Shown here in pieces: positions 20,479 through 32,400 of a stretch of 64,000 bases of DNA. Source of the DNA: an uncultured virus (IMG/VR IMGVR_UViG_3300001528_000811) (Duplodnaviria; Heunggongvirae; Uroviricota; Caudoviricetes); IMG/VR virus record IMGVR_UViG_3300001528_000811. One strand, 5' to 3'. The notes under the pieces are model-generated. The model was given only the letters and a program-made list of their open reading frames with translations. It had not been told where the DNA came from and made no database searches. The position numbers were made by a program, and so were the translations under genes. Each line of letters starts with the position of its first letter. The stretch's first letter is position 1.

Positions 20479-22218
20479 ATGGAATATTATTATGGAATAG
20501 ATTTAGGTACAACAAATTCTTGCATTTCAGTATATACATCTAAAGGCAAATCTAAAGTAATTCCATTGGACACAAAAGGTTCAACTACAATGCCTTCATG
20601 TGTAATGTTTAAGAATAAAAAGTTAATAGTTGGGAAAGAAGCATATTGTAAAAGGTTTGAAAAATTTTCTCAAAATGGTAATAAAACTGTGGGGATAGCT
20701 TGTTATTCTATAAAACGAAGAATAGGTGATTTAAGTGCTTCACATACTTTCATTGATGAAGAAACTGGAGAAATTATTGGCACTTATAATCCAGTTGAAA
20801 TATCATCAATGATTTTAACAGGCTTAATTGAAAAAGCATCTGCAACATATCCAAATATAAAAGGTTCTAAAGTAACTATTACTGTACCAGCTTCTTTCAA
20901 TAGTGAGCAAAGAGCTCAAACAAAAAAAGCTGGACAATTAGCCGGATTAAATGTAATAGATATAATAAATGAACCTACATCAGCATCACTTTGTTATACA
21001 AATGATAAATCTGAAACAATTTTAGTTTATGATTTAGGTGGAGGCACATTTGATGTTTCTTTATTAAAGATTGATGTTCCAAAAGTAGGAACATTTAATA
21101 TTCCAGAACTCGGTATAGATTTAACAGTAGATAAATCTAATGTAAAGGAGTATACTCAATTTAAAGTACTTGCATCTGAAGGTTCACCTAAATTAGGTGG
21201 TGATGATTTAGATGAATTAATGTTAGAAGAATTATTAAAACAGTCTGCAAAAGAGTTAAATATTTCTTTAAATAAATTTAAGAAATTAATATCTGAAGAA
21301 CAAATAGCAGAAAATATATTTAATATTGAGCAATTTAAAAAAATGAGTGGAGTTCAGTCAGTTAGTATATATTTTAAGCCTAATAAAATGCCAGAACATT
21401 TAACCCATTTAAATCTTGAAATCTATCAGAAGGCTTCCGAGATTTTATATGAAAGAACAACAAAATATGTAAAAGCTTGTATAAATAAAACAAATTTAAA
21501 AAACATTAAAGTTGATAAAATTGTTCTTGTGGGAGGCTCAACTAAAAATAATTATATTAGAAAATTCTTACAAAGAGATTTTCCTGATAGTCAATTAAAC
21601 TATGCAATAAATCCAGATGAGGCCGTAGGAGCAGGAGCATCTATTCAAACAGCAATAAAAACCGGAACTTTAAATAAAAGATTTATAGATATATCTCCAT
21701 ACACTATAGGCGTAGAGGTAGATGAGCTAGATGCTTTTGGAAATAAAAGAACAATTATAAAGCATTTATTTAAGAAGGGAGCATCTTTACCTTTAAAGAG
21801 TACGTATAAATTTGATTTAGAAAAAGATAAGGAATATTCAGGTATAAATGTTAATTTATATCAAGGAGATGCTATAATTCCAGAATTAAATATTTTTTTA
21901 GGCGAGATAACTTTAAGTGTAACAAAAGGAACACAATTTATTTATTTAATAACTGAGGTAGATGCTTCTGGCATATTAAAACTATCTGCAAAAGATGATA
22001 AAGGAAATATATCTTCAATATCTTTTGGTTCAATAAAAACAAATACAAATATAAACAAAGAATTAGAAAATATAAAAAATATTTTAATTTTAAAGACAAT
22101 AAAAAAAATTAAACAGAAAAATATAGCAATGACTGAAGAGTTATTTGATATAATAATGGATGCAAATAAAACATCAAATTTAGAAAAATTAAATAAGTAT
22201 ATGGAGAATTTAAAATAA
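20479..22218 (+). CDS. dnaK: Hsp70/DnaK-family chaperone
   Basis: GIDLGTTNS, VTITVPASF, INEPTSA, VYDLGGGTFDVS, LGGDDLD, LVGGST, NPDEAV. Confidence 0.95.
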   Translation: MEYYYGIDLGTTNSCISVYTSKGKSKVIPLDTKGSTTMPSCVMFKNKKLIVGKEAYCKRFEKFSQNGNKTVGIACYSIKRRIGDLSASHTFIDEETGEIIGTYNPVEISSMILTGLIEKASATYPNIKGSKVTITVPASFNSEQRAQTKKAGQLAGLNVIDIINEPTSASLCYTNDKSETILVYDLGGGTFDVSLLKIDVPKVGTFNIPELGIDLTVDKSNVKEYTQFKVLASEGSPKLGGDDLDELMLEELLKQSAKELNISLNKFKKLISEEQIAENIFNIEQFKKMSGVQSVSIYFKPNKMPEHLTHLNLEIYQKASEILYERTTKYVKACINKTNLKNIKVDKIVLVGGSTKNNYIRKFLQRDFPDSQLNYAINPDEAVGAGASIQTAIKTGTLNKRFIDISPYTIGVEVDELDAFGNKRTIIKHLFKKGASLPLKSTYKFDLEKDKEYSGINVNLYQGDAIIPELNIFLGEITLSVTKGTQFIYLITEVDASGILKLSAKDDKGNISSISFGSIKTNTNINKELENIKNILILKTIKKIKQKNIAMTEELFDIIMDANKTSNLEKLNKYMENLK

Positions 22219-22727
22219 TGATTTATAATAAACAAAGAGTAGAAAGTTTAATATATTATTTAAATTCATTACATATATCAGATATATTTAATGAATTTGA
22301 TTTAAAAATAGAAGGTAGGAAAGCATTGTGTCCTTTTCATGATGAAACTCGACCTTCTTTATTCGTATTGGAAACTGATATAGATAATGATAAATGGTTC
22401 TGTCAATCTTGTAGGAGGGGAGGAACGATATCAAATTTCATAGGAGAATATTATAAAATATTTTTAAATGCTTCTAATTTTTATGCAGCTTTGGATATAT
22501 ATTTGTATAAACATAAAGAATTATGGGAAATATTATCTTTTAAAACTTTAAGAGATTTTAATAATACAAAACAAGATATAAGTTTAAAAGAAGCATTAGA
22601 TAAATTTAATATGTATAAAGATTTAAATAAATCAAAACTTCATATAGATGTTAAATTATTACCAAATAAATATATATATAAAGATGTATTGGAATATTTA
22701 ATAAAGTTACAAAGAGGATGTAAGTGA
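22218..22727 (+). CDS. Stand-alone CHC2 zinc finger (DnaG primase zinc-binding domain), no TOPRIM domain
   Basis: LCPFHDETRPS...WFCQSCRRGG; only 169 aa. Confidence 0.85.
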   Translation: MIYNKQRVESLIYYLNSLHISDIFNEFDLKIEGRKALCPFHDETRPSLFVLETDIDNDKWFCQSCRRGGTISNFIGEYYKIFLNASNFYAALDIYLYKHKELWEILSFKTLRDFNNTKQDISLKEALDKFNMYKDLNKSKLHIDVKLLPNKYIYKDVLEYLIKLQRGCK

Positions 22728-23245
22728 TGGATAATACAACTCATATATTTAATAAAAAAATAAATGAAAATAAAAAATCAAGTATATTTAATACTAAAAT
22801 TTCTAATGAAGATGAATTAAGAAAATTTTTATTAAGAAGTAAAGATATAAAAAAATATAATTCAACTTATTATAGAGATAATCAAAAAAATTCAGAATTA
22901 AGTAATACAGAATTACGAAGATATACAAATAGATTTTATATAGATACAATTTCAGAAGACACAGATATAGATATACCTCAATTAAGGTATGATGAATATA
23001 TTCAAGAATTGTTAAAAGTGGTAAGGTCACAGAAAATTTTAACTAAGCATTTAACAAGATATTTTATGCCACAAAAAAATGGGTATATAATAACTTCAGT
23101 TGTAATACTAGATAAATACAAAGAAAGGCCTGTAATACTTTCAGAAATAATATATCAGAACAAAATATGTAAACAGATGTTTTATGATTTATATAATGTA
23201 GTAGATACAATACAGGATTGTAAAGATTTAAGTGTTAAAAATTAA
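22724..23245 (+). CDS. Hypothetical protein
   Basis: 173-aa ORF; N-terminus carries TTHIFN and SSIFN. Confidence 0.7.
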   Translation: MMDNTTHIFNKKINENKKSSIFNTKISNEDELRKFLLRSKDIKKYNSTYYRDNQKNSELSNTELRRYTNRFYIDTISEDTDIDIPQLRYDEYIQELLKVVRSQKILTKHLTRYFMPQKNGYIITSVVILDKYKERPVILSEIIYQNKICKQMFYDLYNVVDTIQDCKDLSVKN

Positions 23246-23347
23246 ATCTCTTAAATATTTAATATTTTATAAAGAATAATCTAAAACTTATATTATTTAA
23301 TAAATATTCAATATTTTATATATTATAAATAGATAGGGGAGTTATAT

Positions 23348-24265
23348 ATGAAGATATATCAGGTTTTTAGAGAAGAGCTTGATAGTAGTTATATAATTTA
23401 TTATCACAATGGAGAAGTGTATAAAAGACCTTGGTTTAAAGATTGGAATTTAAAAAGTAAAAAAATATCTTTAGGTATAGACCAATCTTCAACTTGTACA
23501 GGACTTTATTTAGAAGGAGAAAGTGACAAAATACTGATAGAGTTCCCAAGAAATTTAACAGATGTGCAAACTTATAAAAAAGCTTTAATAAATGAATTAG
23601 ATAGTTTAATTTTTAATAGTGAAGTAGAACATTTTATCTATGAAATTCATAACCATATTTCCACTAAAGACTCACCATTATATAAAATAACAGAAGAGCT
23701 TAGAGAATATTCTAAAGCAGGAACATTCAATAATTCAAAAGTCAAAGGGGTACTTCCAAGTGTTTGGAGAAAAGGATTTTTAAATAAAGAAGAATATAAA
23801 GGCGAGTACACTAGAGATAAAGTTAAAGAAGCTTGTTTAAGACAAACGCTAAAGGAAAATCCAAATTTTGAAAAGTATATAAAATATTCTCATAAAGATT
23901 TAGATAGTTATGAGGCTTATGGTATTTTAAAAGGATATATGACTTTAAATTATAATATAGAAGGTGTCAGACTAGTCAATACTACAATGAGTGTTTTAAA
24001 TAGTAGAAATTTTAAATATACCATAAAGGCAGTAAAATATGAAAATTTATCTAAAGAATTATCACAATTTAATATTCCGATTTTATTGAGTAATAATGAA
24101 ATAAATTTAAAAGAAAGCTGTAATAGAGTTTTAGATGAATATACAGAATGTTTAATATTATTTGATAATAGTCATCCGGAAGTACCTAGATATATTTTGG
24201 AAACAGGTACTTATTGTGATGAAGATTTAATATATATTGTGCATACAAAAAAAGGAGGTTTTTAA
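23348..24265 (+). CDS. RuvC-like Holliday junction resolvase-fold nuclease
   Basis: LGIDQSSTCTG, FIYE, VLPSVWRK, DLDSYEAYGI. Confidence 0.75.
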   Translation: MKIYQVFREELDSSYIIYYHNGEVYKRPWFKDWNLKSKKISLGIDQSSTCTGLYLEGESDKILIEFPRNLTDVQTYKKALINELDSLIFNSEVEHFIYEIHNHISTKDSPLYKITEELREYSKAGTFNNSKVKGVLPSVWRKGFLNKEEYKGEYTRDKVKEACLRQTLKENPNFEKYIKYSHKDLDSYEAYGILKGYMTLNYNIEGVRLVNTTMSVLNSRNFKYTIKAVKYENLSKELSQFNIPILLSNNEINLKESCNRVLDEYTECLILFDNSHPEVPRYILETGTYCDEDLIYIVHTKKGGF

Positions 24266-24267
24266 TA

Positions 24268-25485
24268 TTGGAATTAATGTACAAAAAAGCTTTAGAAGAA
24301 GCTTCTTCTTTCGAACTTTATATTTTAGCAAGATATGCACATAAATTAGGAATGGATATGTTAACAGATGAGGAATATGATACATTGGAAGAACGTATAA
24401 AAACATTTAGTCCTTATCATCCTTTACTGAATGAAAACTGGGAGGAAGATGAAGAGCCAACAGAATTAGCTTTAAAGTATGGGATAGTTTTTCCAGATTT
24501 AAAAAAATCAATGTCTGAACGATTAATAAAATATTCAAGACATTTATCTTATCAACATGCAATATCTATTAAACCTGTTAGAGATTGGAATGAAGCTCAT
24601 TGCTGGTTTGATGAGCATATAGGTCAGGAGTTAATTTTTATGTTAAAAATTGATGGAATTCATTTAACAACTTTAACTGATAGTAATACTGGAAATGTAT
24701 GTTGTGTATCTTCAAGAGCAAGAGATGCTAGACAGATGTTAGATTATACTGATGCTTTTATTAAGTTAAAGAACAATTTTAATTATAAAAAAAAAGACAA
24801 AAATAAAAATTTTAATATAACTCATTTTGAATGTTATTGTACAAAAGAGTCATTATCAAAGTTAAGAAATATTCAAGGAGCTTTTTATAAAACTGAAAAA
24901 TCAGCAGCTCTAGGTTTAATGACACGAGGTATCAATGAATTTCAAATTCCTTATGTAAAATTATATGCTTTAAGACCGGAGCCAATATTTAATACTTTAA
25001 GTAGAGATTTAACTTATTTAAATTTAAAGTGTAATTTAAATATACCTCCATTTATAGTGAAAACTTACAATGGATTAAACGATAATAACTTTAATGGTTT
25101 TATAGAGGAAATACAAGAATTATTAATATGTAAAGCAAAAGAATTAAAAATACCTTATGATGGGATAGTAGTGCAAATTAATAATAATGAAGATTTTTAT
25201 AGAGCAGAAATAGATAATAAATATTCATCTGGTAATATAGCAATAAAATTTGGATATAATACAGCTAAGAAATTTGTAGTCAAAGTAAAAGATATAAAAT
25301 TTATAAATTCTAAAGAACGTCTTATTCCAAAAATTATATTATATCCAACTGTATCTCCAGATGGAAAAAAAATTACAGAAATATCAGGATATAATGTAAA
25401 AACATTAATAGCAAATAAAATATTACCTGAAAGTTATGTTTCTATAAAATGGCAGTCAGATGCTATACCTATATTAGATATTTAA
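24268..25485 (+). CDS. ligA: NAD-dependent DNA ligase, N-terminal part (Ia + adenylation + OB)
   Basis: LTDEEYDTL (domain Ia), KIDG, YDGIVVQIN, IAIKF; ends after OB fold. Confidence 0.8.
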   Translation: MELMYKKALEEASSFELYILARYAHKLGMDMLTDEEYDTLEERIKTFSPYHPLLNENWEEDEEPTELALKYGIVFPDLKKSMSERLIKYSRHLSYQHAISIKPVRDWNEAHCWFDEHIGQELIFMLKIDGIHLTTLTDSNTGNVCCVSSRARDARQMLDYTDAFIKLKNNFNYKKKDKNKNFNITHFECYCTKESLSKLRNIQGAFYKTEKSAALGLMTRGINEFQIPYVKLYALRPEPIFNTLSRDLTYLNLKCNLNIPPFIVKTYNGLNDNNFNGFIEEIQELLICKAKELKIPYDGIVVQINNNEDFYRAEIDNKYSSGNIAIKFGYNTAKKFVVKVKDIKFINSKERLIPKIILYPTVSPDGKKITEISGYNVKTLIANKILPESYVSIKWQSDAIPILDI

Positions 25486-25503
25486 TAATAAGAGGTGATT
25501 TAA

Positions 25504-25725
25504 GTGAATACATTGTTGCATAAAAATGTAAAAATAATAGAAGGTATTATTGTAGATGATAGTAAACAAGAAAAATCTTTAAATAATTATTTTTTTAATA
25601 ATAAAGATTTAATAGATGTTTGTGTAGATAATAAAATAATACGTATAAAAAAAATAGAAAAATATTCTAAAAATAAAGAAAATATGAATGATGAAGAATT
25701 AACAAATATTTTTAATAAAGGGTGA
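25504..25725 (+). CDS. Hypothetical protein
   Basis: 73-aa ORF, GAGGTG SD, C-terminal ELTNIFNKG. Confidence 0.6.
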   Translation: MNTLLHKNVKIIEGIIVDDSKQEKSLNNYFFNNKDLIDVCVDNKIIRIKKIEKYSKNKENMNDEELTNIFNKG

Positions 25726-26456
25726 TACATTTGATTTATTATATAAAAAGAGAAAGGGATAATATCATAAAAGAACAGAAGGAACATTTAAATTTAGATA
25801 AAGAGATATTTGTAATTGAAAAAGAAATTAAAAATAATGAATTAGATATTGTTTGTAAAGAGATTTTAAACAGAGAACCTGAATTAATGGAATTTAATTT
25901 AGTGATAAATCTATCTCCTAATATGACATCTGTAAGAATTAAAAATTTTAAGAAATTAATTCATAACAAACCTATACAACAGAAAAATTTAATAATTTCA
26001 AAAAATATTTCTGAATTAAAGCAACAGATGAAAGAAAATTTAGAAAAAGATGTAAAATATTATTCTGTATTAAAATATTCTATATATACTGAATTAGAGT
26101 CTAGCATATATACATCTTTATTTTTTAATCCTAAAACAATTTTAAGTTTAATAGATTTTAATTGCTCAGAAAATGGTATTGTATATTGGGAGCTTATAAA
26201 AACATTAAATATACAAACTTCAGACTTTGAGAATAAAGAAAGTGCTATGCTAATATATCTACAAATATTTCTATACTTTTTTAATAAAGAAAAAAATGGA
26301 AAAAATTTAACAATAAAAGATATAAAAGAAATACAAAGAGTTATGCGAGAGGTAGATGATTATTTTTCTGAAATAGTACCTTTCGGGAAAAAAACTTTAA
26401 AGTTATTAAGAGAAGATATAACTGTAAATAAAATAGCTCATATTTATATACATTAA
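25722..26456 (+). CDS. Hypothetical protein
   Basis: 244-aa ORF, GTGA overlap. Confidence 0.7.
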   Translation: MIHLIYYIKRERDNIIKEQKEHLNLDKEIFVIEKEIKNNELDIVCKEILNREPELMEFNLVINLSPNMTSVRIKNFKKLIHNKPIQQKNLIISKNISELKQQMKENLEKDVKYYSVLKYSIYTELESSIYTSLFFNPKTILSLIDFNCSENGIVYWELIKTLNIQTSDFENKESAMLIYLQIFLYFFNKEKNGKNLTIKDIKEIQRVMREVDDYFSEIVPFGKKTLKLLREDITVNKIAHIYIH

Positions 26457-26478
26457 TATAGGAGATGAGGTATTCTGT

Positions 26479-29400
26479 ATGGATAAATTATATAATATGT
26501 TTTTAAATGATTTATTAGAACCTAAAATAATAGAAGAATTTTTTCCAGTACCAAATAGAATAGATAGATTTATTATTTTAAGAGAAATTTATGAGAAATC
26601 ATATGTTTGTGATAAAATAGATTTTACATTAAATGATATAAATACAAATATAAATTTAAGAGTAACAATACAATTGGGAATATGTCCAAATAAAAAGGAT
26701 ACTTCATCTGTGGAATTTACTACTGTAGAACAATTAATAGTTACAGATTTTTTAAAAGTTCCTTCTTTAACTTCAAGAGGTATTTTAATGTCAGGACAGT
26801 TATACTTTACAAAATATTGTAATGAAATTGTAAAGGGTATAACATATCATGAAAATTCTGTAACAGAAGAGGAAAAAAATCTGATACAATTAAATTTAAG
26901 GTCCGATAATTATAGGAATATAAGTTTTAAAGTTTCTGATGATAAAATAATTTGTAAAAGAAAAAATAAATATACAAGTAAAGAAATGTCATTTGATTTT
27001 TATAAATTATTGAGAATATTTAATGAAAATGAAGCAGACAATTTTTTATCTGAGAATTCAGCAACGAGTATTTCAAATTATGATAAAAGTTCGATTTCTT
27101 ATGAAGATTTAATACAAGAATTTTTATCTTGGATAGGTAAAGATTATCAAACTTTAGATAATATAGTAAATAATACAAGAAAAGAGCAATATGTAAAAAA
27201 TGGTTTATATTTTAAGTTTGAGGAAGAAACTTTGAAAAATATGAGACATTTTTTAAGTTTTGAAAATAGAATTAAAGGTGCAGTTATCTGGGAAGATATA
27301 AATACAAAGATAGAAGAAGTGAATACTGAAATAATAAAAATTAATTTTAATAAAGGAAAAATCTTAAAATCTGAAGATTTAATATTATTAGATAAGTGCA
27401 AAGATATAACATCATTAATTGTAAAAATAAATAATAAAATATTCAGAGTTATTAAAAAACCAATAACAAATACTTTAGATATAAATATGTTAGCCAATAT
27501 ATTTAATATTATGGATACTTTAAGATATATAAAAAATATAGAAGCTAATGAGTCAAACTTTCTGTATCAAAGAGCTAGCACTTATTATTCTGTAATGATG
27601 AAATTCGTAGATGATAATGTATCAGAATATTCAAAAAAATTAAATAAGCATATTTATGATTGTGTAAAAAATTGCTATAATAGTTTAGAAAATTATCAAA
27701 AAAAAGTTATTGATGAAAATGTTGTATTTAATTGCTTATATGAAAATATGAGTAATCATCTTTTTTTAAAAGAAAGGATGCAAAAAGAATATAAATATCC
27801 TATAAAGTTTTTTGATAAATATAAAGATAATCCTGATATGTATAAATTAATATCTTTAGCAGATAATAGAAATTCTAGAATAGCATATGCAAATAAAAAT
27901 ATATTTATAAATCCATCAAAAGAAGTTTCTATAAAAGCTAAAGAAATTCAAGCGACACATATGTTTTTTTTATGTTCTATATCCGCTCCTGAGTCAGATA
28001 AAGCCGGAGCTACAAAGCATTTAACAGTAGGAACTTTTGTAGATAAATATGGAGTTTTTAGAAATTCTTTTGTTAATTTAATAACAGGAGAAACAGAATA
28101 TTTATCAGCTTTAGACATATATACAAAAAAAGTAGCTGTTGAAGATTTTGATAATAAGGTATCGGCAAAAGTTTTATATAGAGGAGAAATAATTGAAACA
28201 GAAGTATCTAAAATAGAGTATAAACCTAAGAGTTGGTCACAGATTAGTTCTATAAATATAGCATCTGGTATATGTGGAACTTTTAATAAATCACGTAGAC
28301 AATTAATGGAAAATAATGAATTAAATCAGACTTTAACTATATTAGGTGGAGAACCAACATCTTTAAATACCGGATTAGACTCGAAGTATTTACAAGATTA
28401 TTGCATTACTGTAAAAGATATTTTATTATATAATGAAATGGATTTAACAGTTCTTCCAGAGAATGTAGTTTTAATATTTAAATCTATAAAGGATATAACA
28501 AAATCGAATATAGATATAAAAAATAAACAAATTATAGAATATATATTTGAAATTAAAGAATTAATTGAAAATGAAAATATAGATTTAGATATGAATAATA
28601 TTATTGAAGTTGATACAAATGAAAAAGAATACTTGGAGGAACAATTTAATCCTATAAAAGGAAAAAGAATTTTAAAATATCCAATTATGAAAAATTATTT
28701 ACAAGCACAACAAAATATTACTTTAAAAATGGTAAATAAAAATATTTTTCATTTAAATGATATTGTATTTATACCTGAAGATGCAGAATATATGGAAGAA
28801 GAGCAGACACAAGTTTTTGAGGATATAGATACGAGTTCTAAACATTTAAGATTATCTATTGGCAAAAATGTGACAATAGCTTATATGAATTATGAAGGAT
28901 ATTGTTATGAAGATGGTATGGTTATAAGAGAAGGATTAGCTAATTCTTTAGGATTATCACATGTATATACAAAAACAGAAAGCTATGAATTAGAATTAAA
29001 TGAAGTATTTATAGCAAAAGAACCTTTAGGAACGAAAGTATACCCTGGGATGATTTTAGGTTCAATATTTAATAATGAAGGTGTGTTAATAAAAAATATA
29101 ATTGTTCCGAGAGACAAAGAAGGTATATTTAGTTTTTATGAATTAAAAAATAATATATTAACATTAACTATAACCGGTATTTATTTTGTTGAAGTAAGTT
29201 GTAAATTTGCAGGTTTCCACGGAAATAAATGTACAGTTTGTGCAATAATTCCAGATGATAAAATGCCTTTGGACCCTGACACTTTAATTCCTGTAGATAT
29301 TTGTTTAAATCCTTTGGGAATTACAACACGTGATAACATGGGGCAATTAATAGAAGGCAATTTAAATTTAATAGGTGAAAAAGATGCTATTGCATATAAA

Positions 29401-32400
29401 ATATCTGTAGATAGTTTAAATAATGCAAAAGCATTAGATACTAATAAAATTTTAATAGACGGTAGAACAGGAACACCTTTTAGAACAAAAGTGAATGTTA
29501 TAAGAAGTTCTTTTATACAACTAGACCATCATGCAAAAGATAAATTAAGAACATCTTTATTACCAACTGCTATTGATTTAGTATCAAATCAAATTAAAAA
29601 AGGAGATAATAACGAAGGTGGTTGTGGTATATCTGAGTTAACAACTAATGCTTTATTAGCTTCTGGAGCAAATCAAACTTTAGATTATTTAAAAATGATT
29701 GGAGAGGGAGCAGGAAATAAGACTGTCGGAAGTTTTGCTGAATATTTAATAAAAAGTGCTAAATATGAAATGAAGGATATTTTAAAGAGTTCAAATACAA
29801 ATAGATTTCAGAAGTATCTTGTATATTTGTATGGTTCAGCAGGATTAATGTATAATTATAATAATTCAACAGCTTCAATAGAAGTTTTAACTAATGATAG
29901 TATAGAAGCAACTTTTAAAAATATAAATTCAGATAAAGCATTTAATAATGAAGTTTATTTAACTAGCACGAGTACAAATAATTTAATAAATGTATATTTA
30001 GGTATAGACTCTGAAAAGTATATGAAAGATATTGTAAGAATAGAAGTACCTGGAGTTTGCTGGTTAAATCCGGCAATAATATACACACAAATATTTAAAG
30101 ATATAAATAAAAATTATGGGATATCTCCACAAGATTTAATAGATGAAAATATTTATATTAGATTAGAAGAAATGTCATCTGAAAATGAGGAAGTTAATTT
30201 TGATATACAGATTTTAAAAAAAGGAGAAAATGCAATACCGGAAGATTTTATAACAGGAGCATATGCTTTAATGCAGATGATAAATAAATTAGATACTGAT
30301 GCATATAAATATTTAATCAATAATTTTGTTTTAATCCCTAGAGAATTTAGAAAGAAAAATAAAGAGAAATATGCAGAAGCGGATATTAATAAAGCTTATA
30401 GTTATTTATTAAAAAGATTGAGAGATGTTTTAATATATTTTAAAGAAACATCAAATATCAATAACTCTTTAGAAGAAGGATTTAATAATATTATAAATAC
30501 AAATAATAAAGAAGCTATAAAAGCTTATAATTTATTTTATAAAGAATATTTTAATTATTTTACTTCTAAAACAAGAAAATCTGTGAATGAAGATTTTTTA
30601 AAAGTAAGACCTTATTTAGATTATTTATCAGATAAAGAAATAGGTGTATATCGTTCAATGCTACTTGCTAAAAGAGTAGCAAGTTCAATGGGTTCTGTAA
30701 TTGTCGGTGACCCATATATAAAATTAGATGAAGTTGGTGTACCTTTTTTATCTTTAGTAGATTTATATAGGTATGAAATATATTACAATTTATTTTCATC
30801 TGAAGCATTATTTAGTGATAAATATGAACCTTTACGTGATTTTTTAAAACCTTATATTGATATAATTAAATATGTAAAAGATTTAGAAGGTCATAATGTA
30901 GGTTATGATATAGTAAAAACTACAGATTTATTTGATATATTTTGTAATAGATTAAAAAGTATAGTTTATAGAAATATTTATTATAAAGATGATATTTATA
31001 ATACACAATTTAAATCATATACAGAACTTGAAAAAATTAGAAATTTATTAAAAGATTTTGTACAAAAAATTTGTAATACTAAAATAAATATTTTAATAAG
31101 AGAACCTGTTTTGCATAGATTTAATGTGGAAGGATTTAAACCTGTTATTGTCGAGGGCTATGCTTTACATATTAATACTTTAATATGTAAAACTTATAAT
31201 GCAGATTTTGATGGAGATAATATGCAAAATATTTCAATATTGCCTGAAAATGTTGTGAATGAAGTAAAAGATAAACTAACACCATATCAGATGTTTTTTG
31301 ATGATAGTGGTAATTATAATTATCCTTTAGTTCAAGATGTTCTATATGGTTTATGTGTTGGAATAGGTTGTTTAAATATTCCAAATGAAAAATCAATAGA
31401 ATATGAAAACTTTAATATTTTAGATTTTAAAAATCATAAATATAATTTGAATGATTTAATAAATTCAGATATAAAAACAACAGTAGGAAAATATTATTTC
31501 TTAGAAAAAATATCAGATAAATTTAATATACCTCGAAAAGAATTGTTTAAAATTTTAGAAGAAAATTTCAAAGATATAAATAAAATAATTACTTTAATAG
31601 AACAAAAAGTTAATAATAAAGTAGAATTATTTAATGATTTAAAATTAATATCTTTTGAATTTATGATGCAAGAACCTGTAACTTTATCTTTAAAAGATAT
31701 GATAGATATATCAAATGTTTGGGAAGCGATAAAAGAAAAATCTACAGAAAAAGAAAATAATTTATTGTATTCTACGATATTATTAAATCATCACTTTTTT
31801 AATTTTAAAGATATATCAAGAGAAGATAAATTATCAGAAATACAAAATGATATATCAGATATTCAATATAAATATCTTGAAAATACTTTAAAACAAAGCG
31901 AATATAAAGAAAGATTGAAAGATAACAATTTTATGAAAATTGTAAATACTGGAGCTAAAGGAAAATTAATAACATTGCATGATTTAATTATAGGTGGTTC
32001 ACAGCCTGTAGGTATAAGGGGGAATAATTCTCCGGCAAGAATATCTACACCAACTTTAAGTGGTTTAAAGCCTTATGAAGTATTTCAATCAGGTTATACT
32101 TCTTTAACTTCTCAGTATTCAACAAATGAAAGTACAAAAGATGCAGGAGAATTATCAAGAAGTTTTTCAACAGGTTTAAGTAGAAAAATTATGGATGATG
32201 ATTGTGGAGCTAAACCTACATTACATGATTTATATATGGAAATTCCTTTCAGTAATTTTACTTCTTTAAAATTTAAAGAATATGAAGGAAAATTATTTGA
32301 ACCTAATATTATTGTAAAAGATGTTGTTTCAAAAAATAAAATTACTAATTTATCTCAAGGAATGGTTTTTGGCAGCACTTTAATATCTTCTAATTTGAAA

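Noticed and set aside
23348..24265. TnpB/Cas12-like RNA-guided nuclease
   Set aside because: RuvC motif I lies near the N-terminus, no zinc ribbon, no IS ends or array; fits a resolvase.
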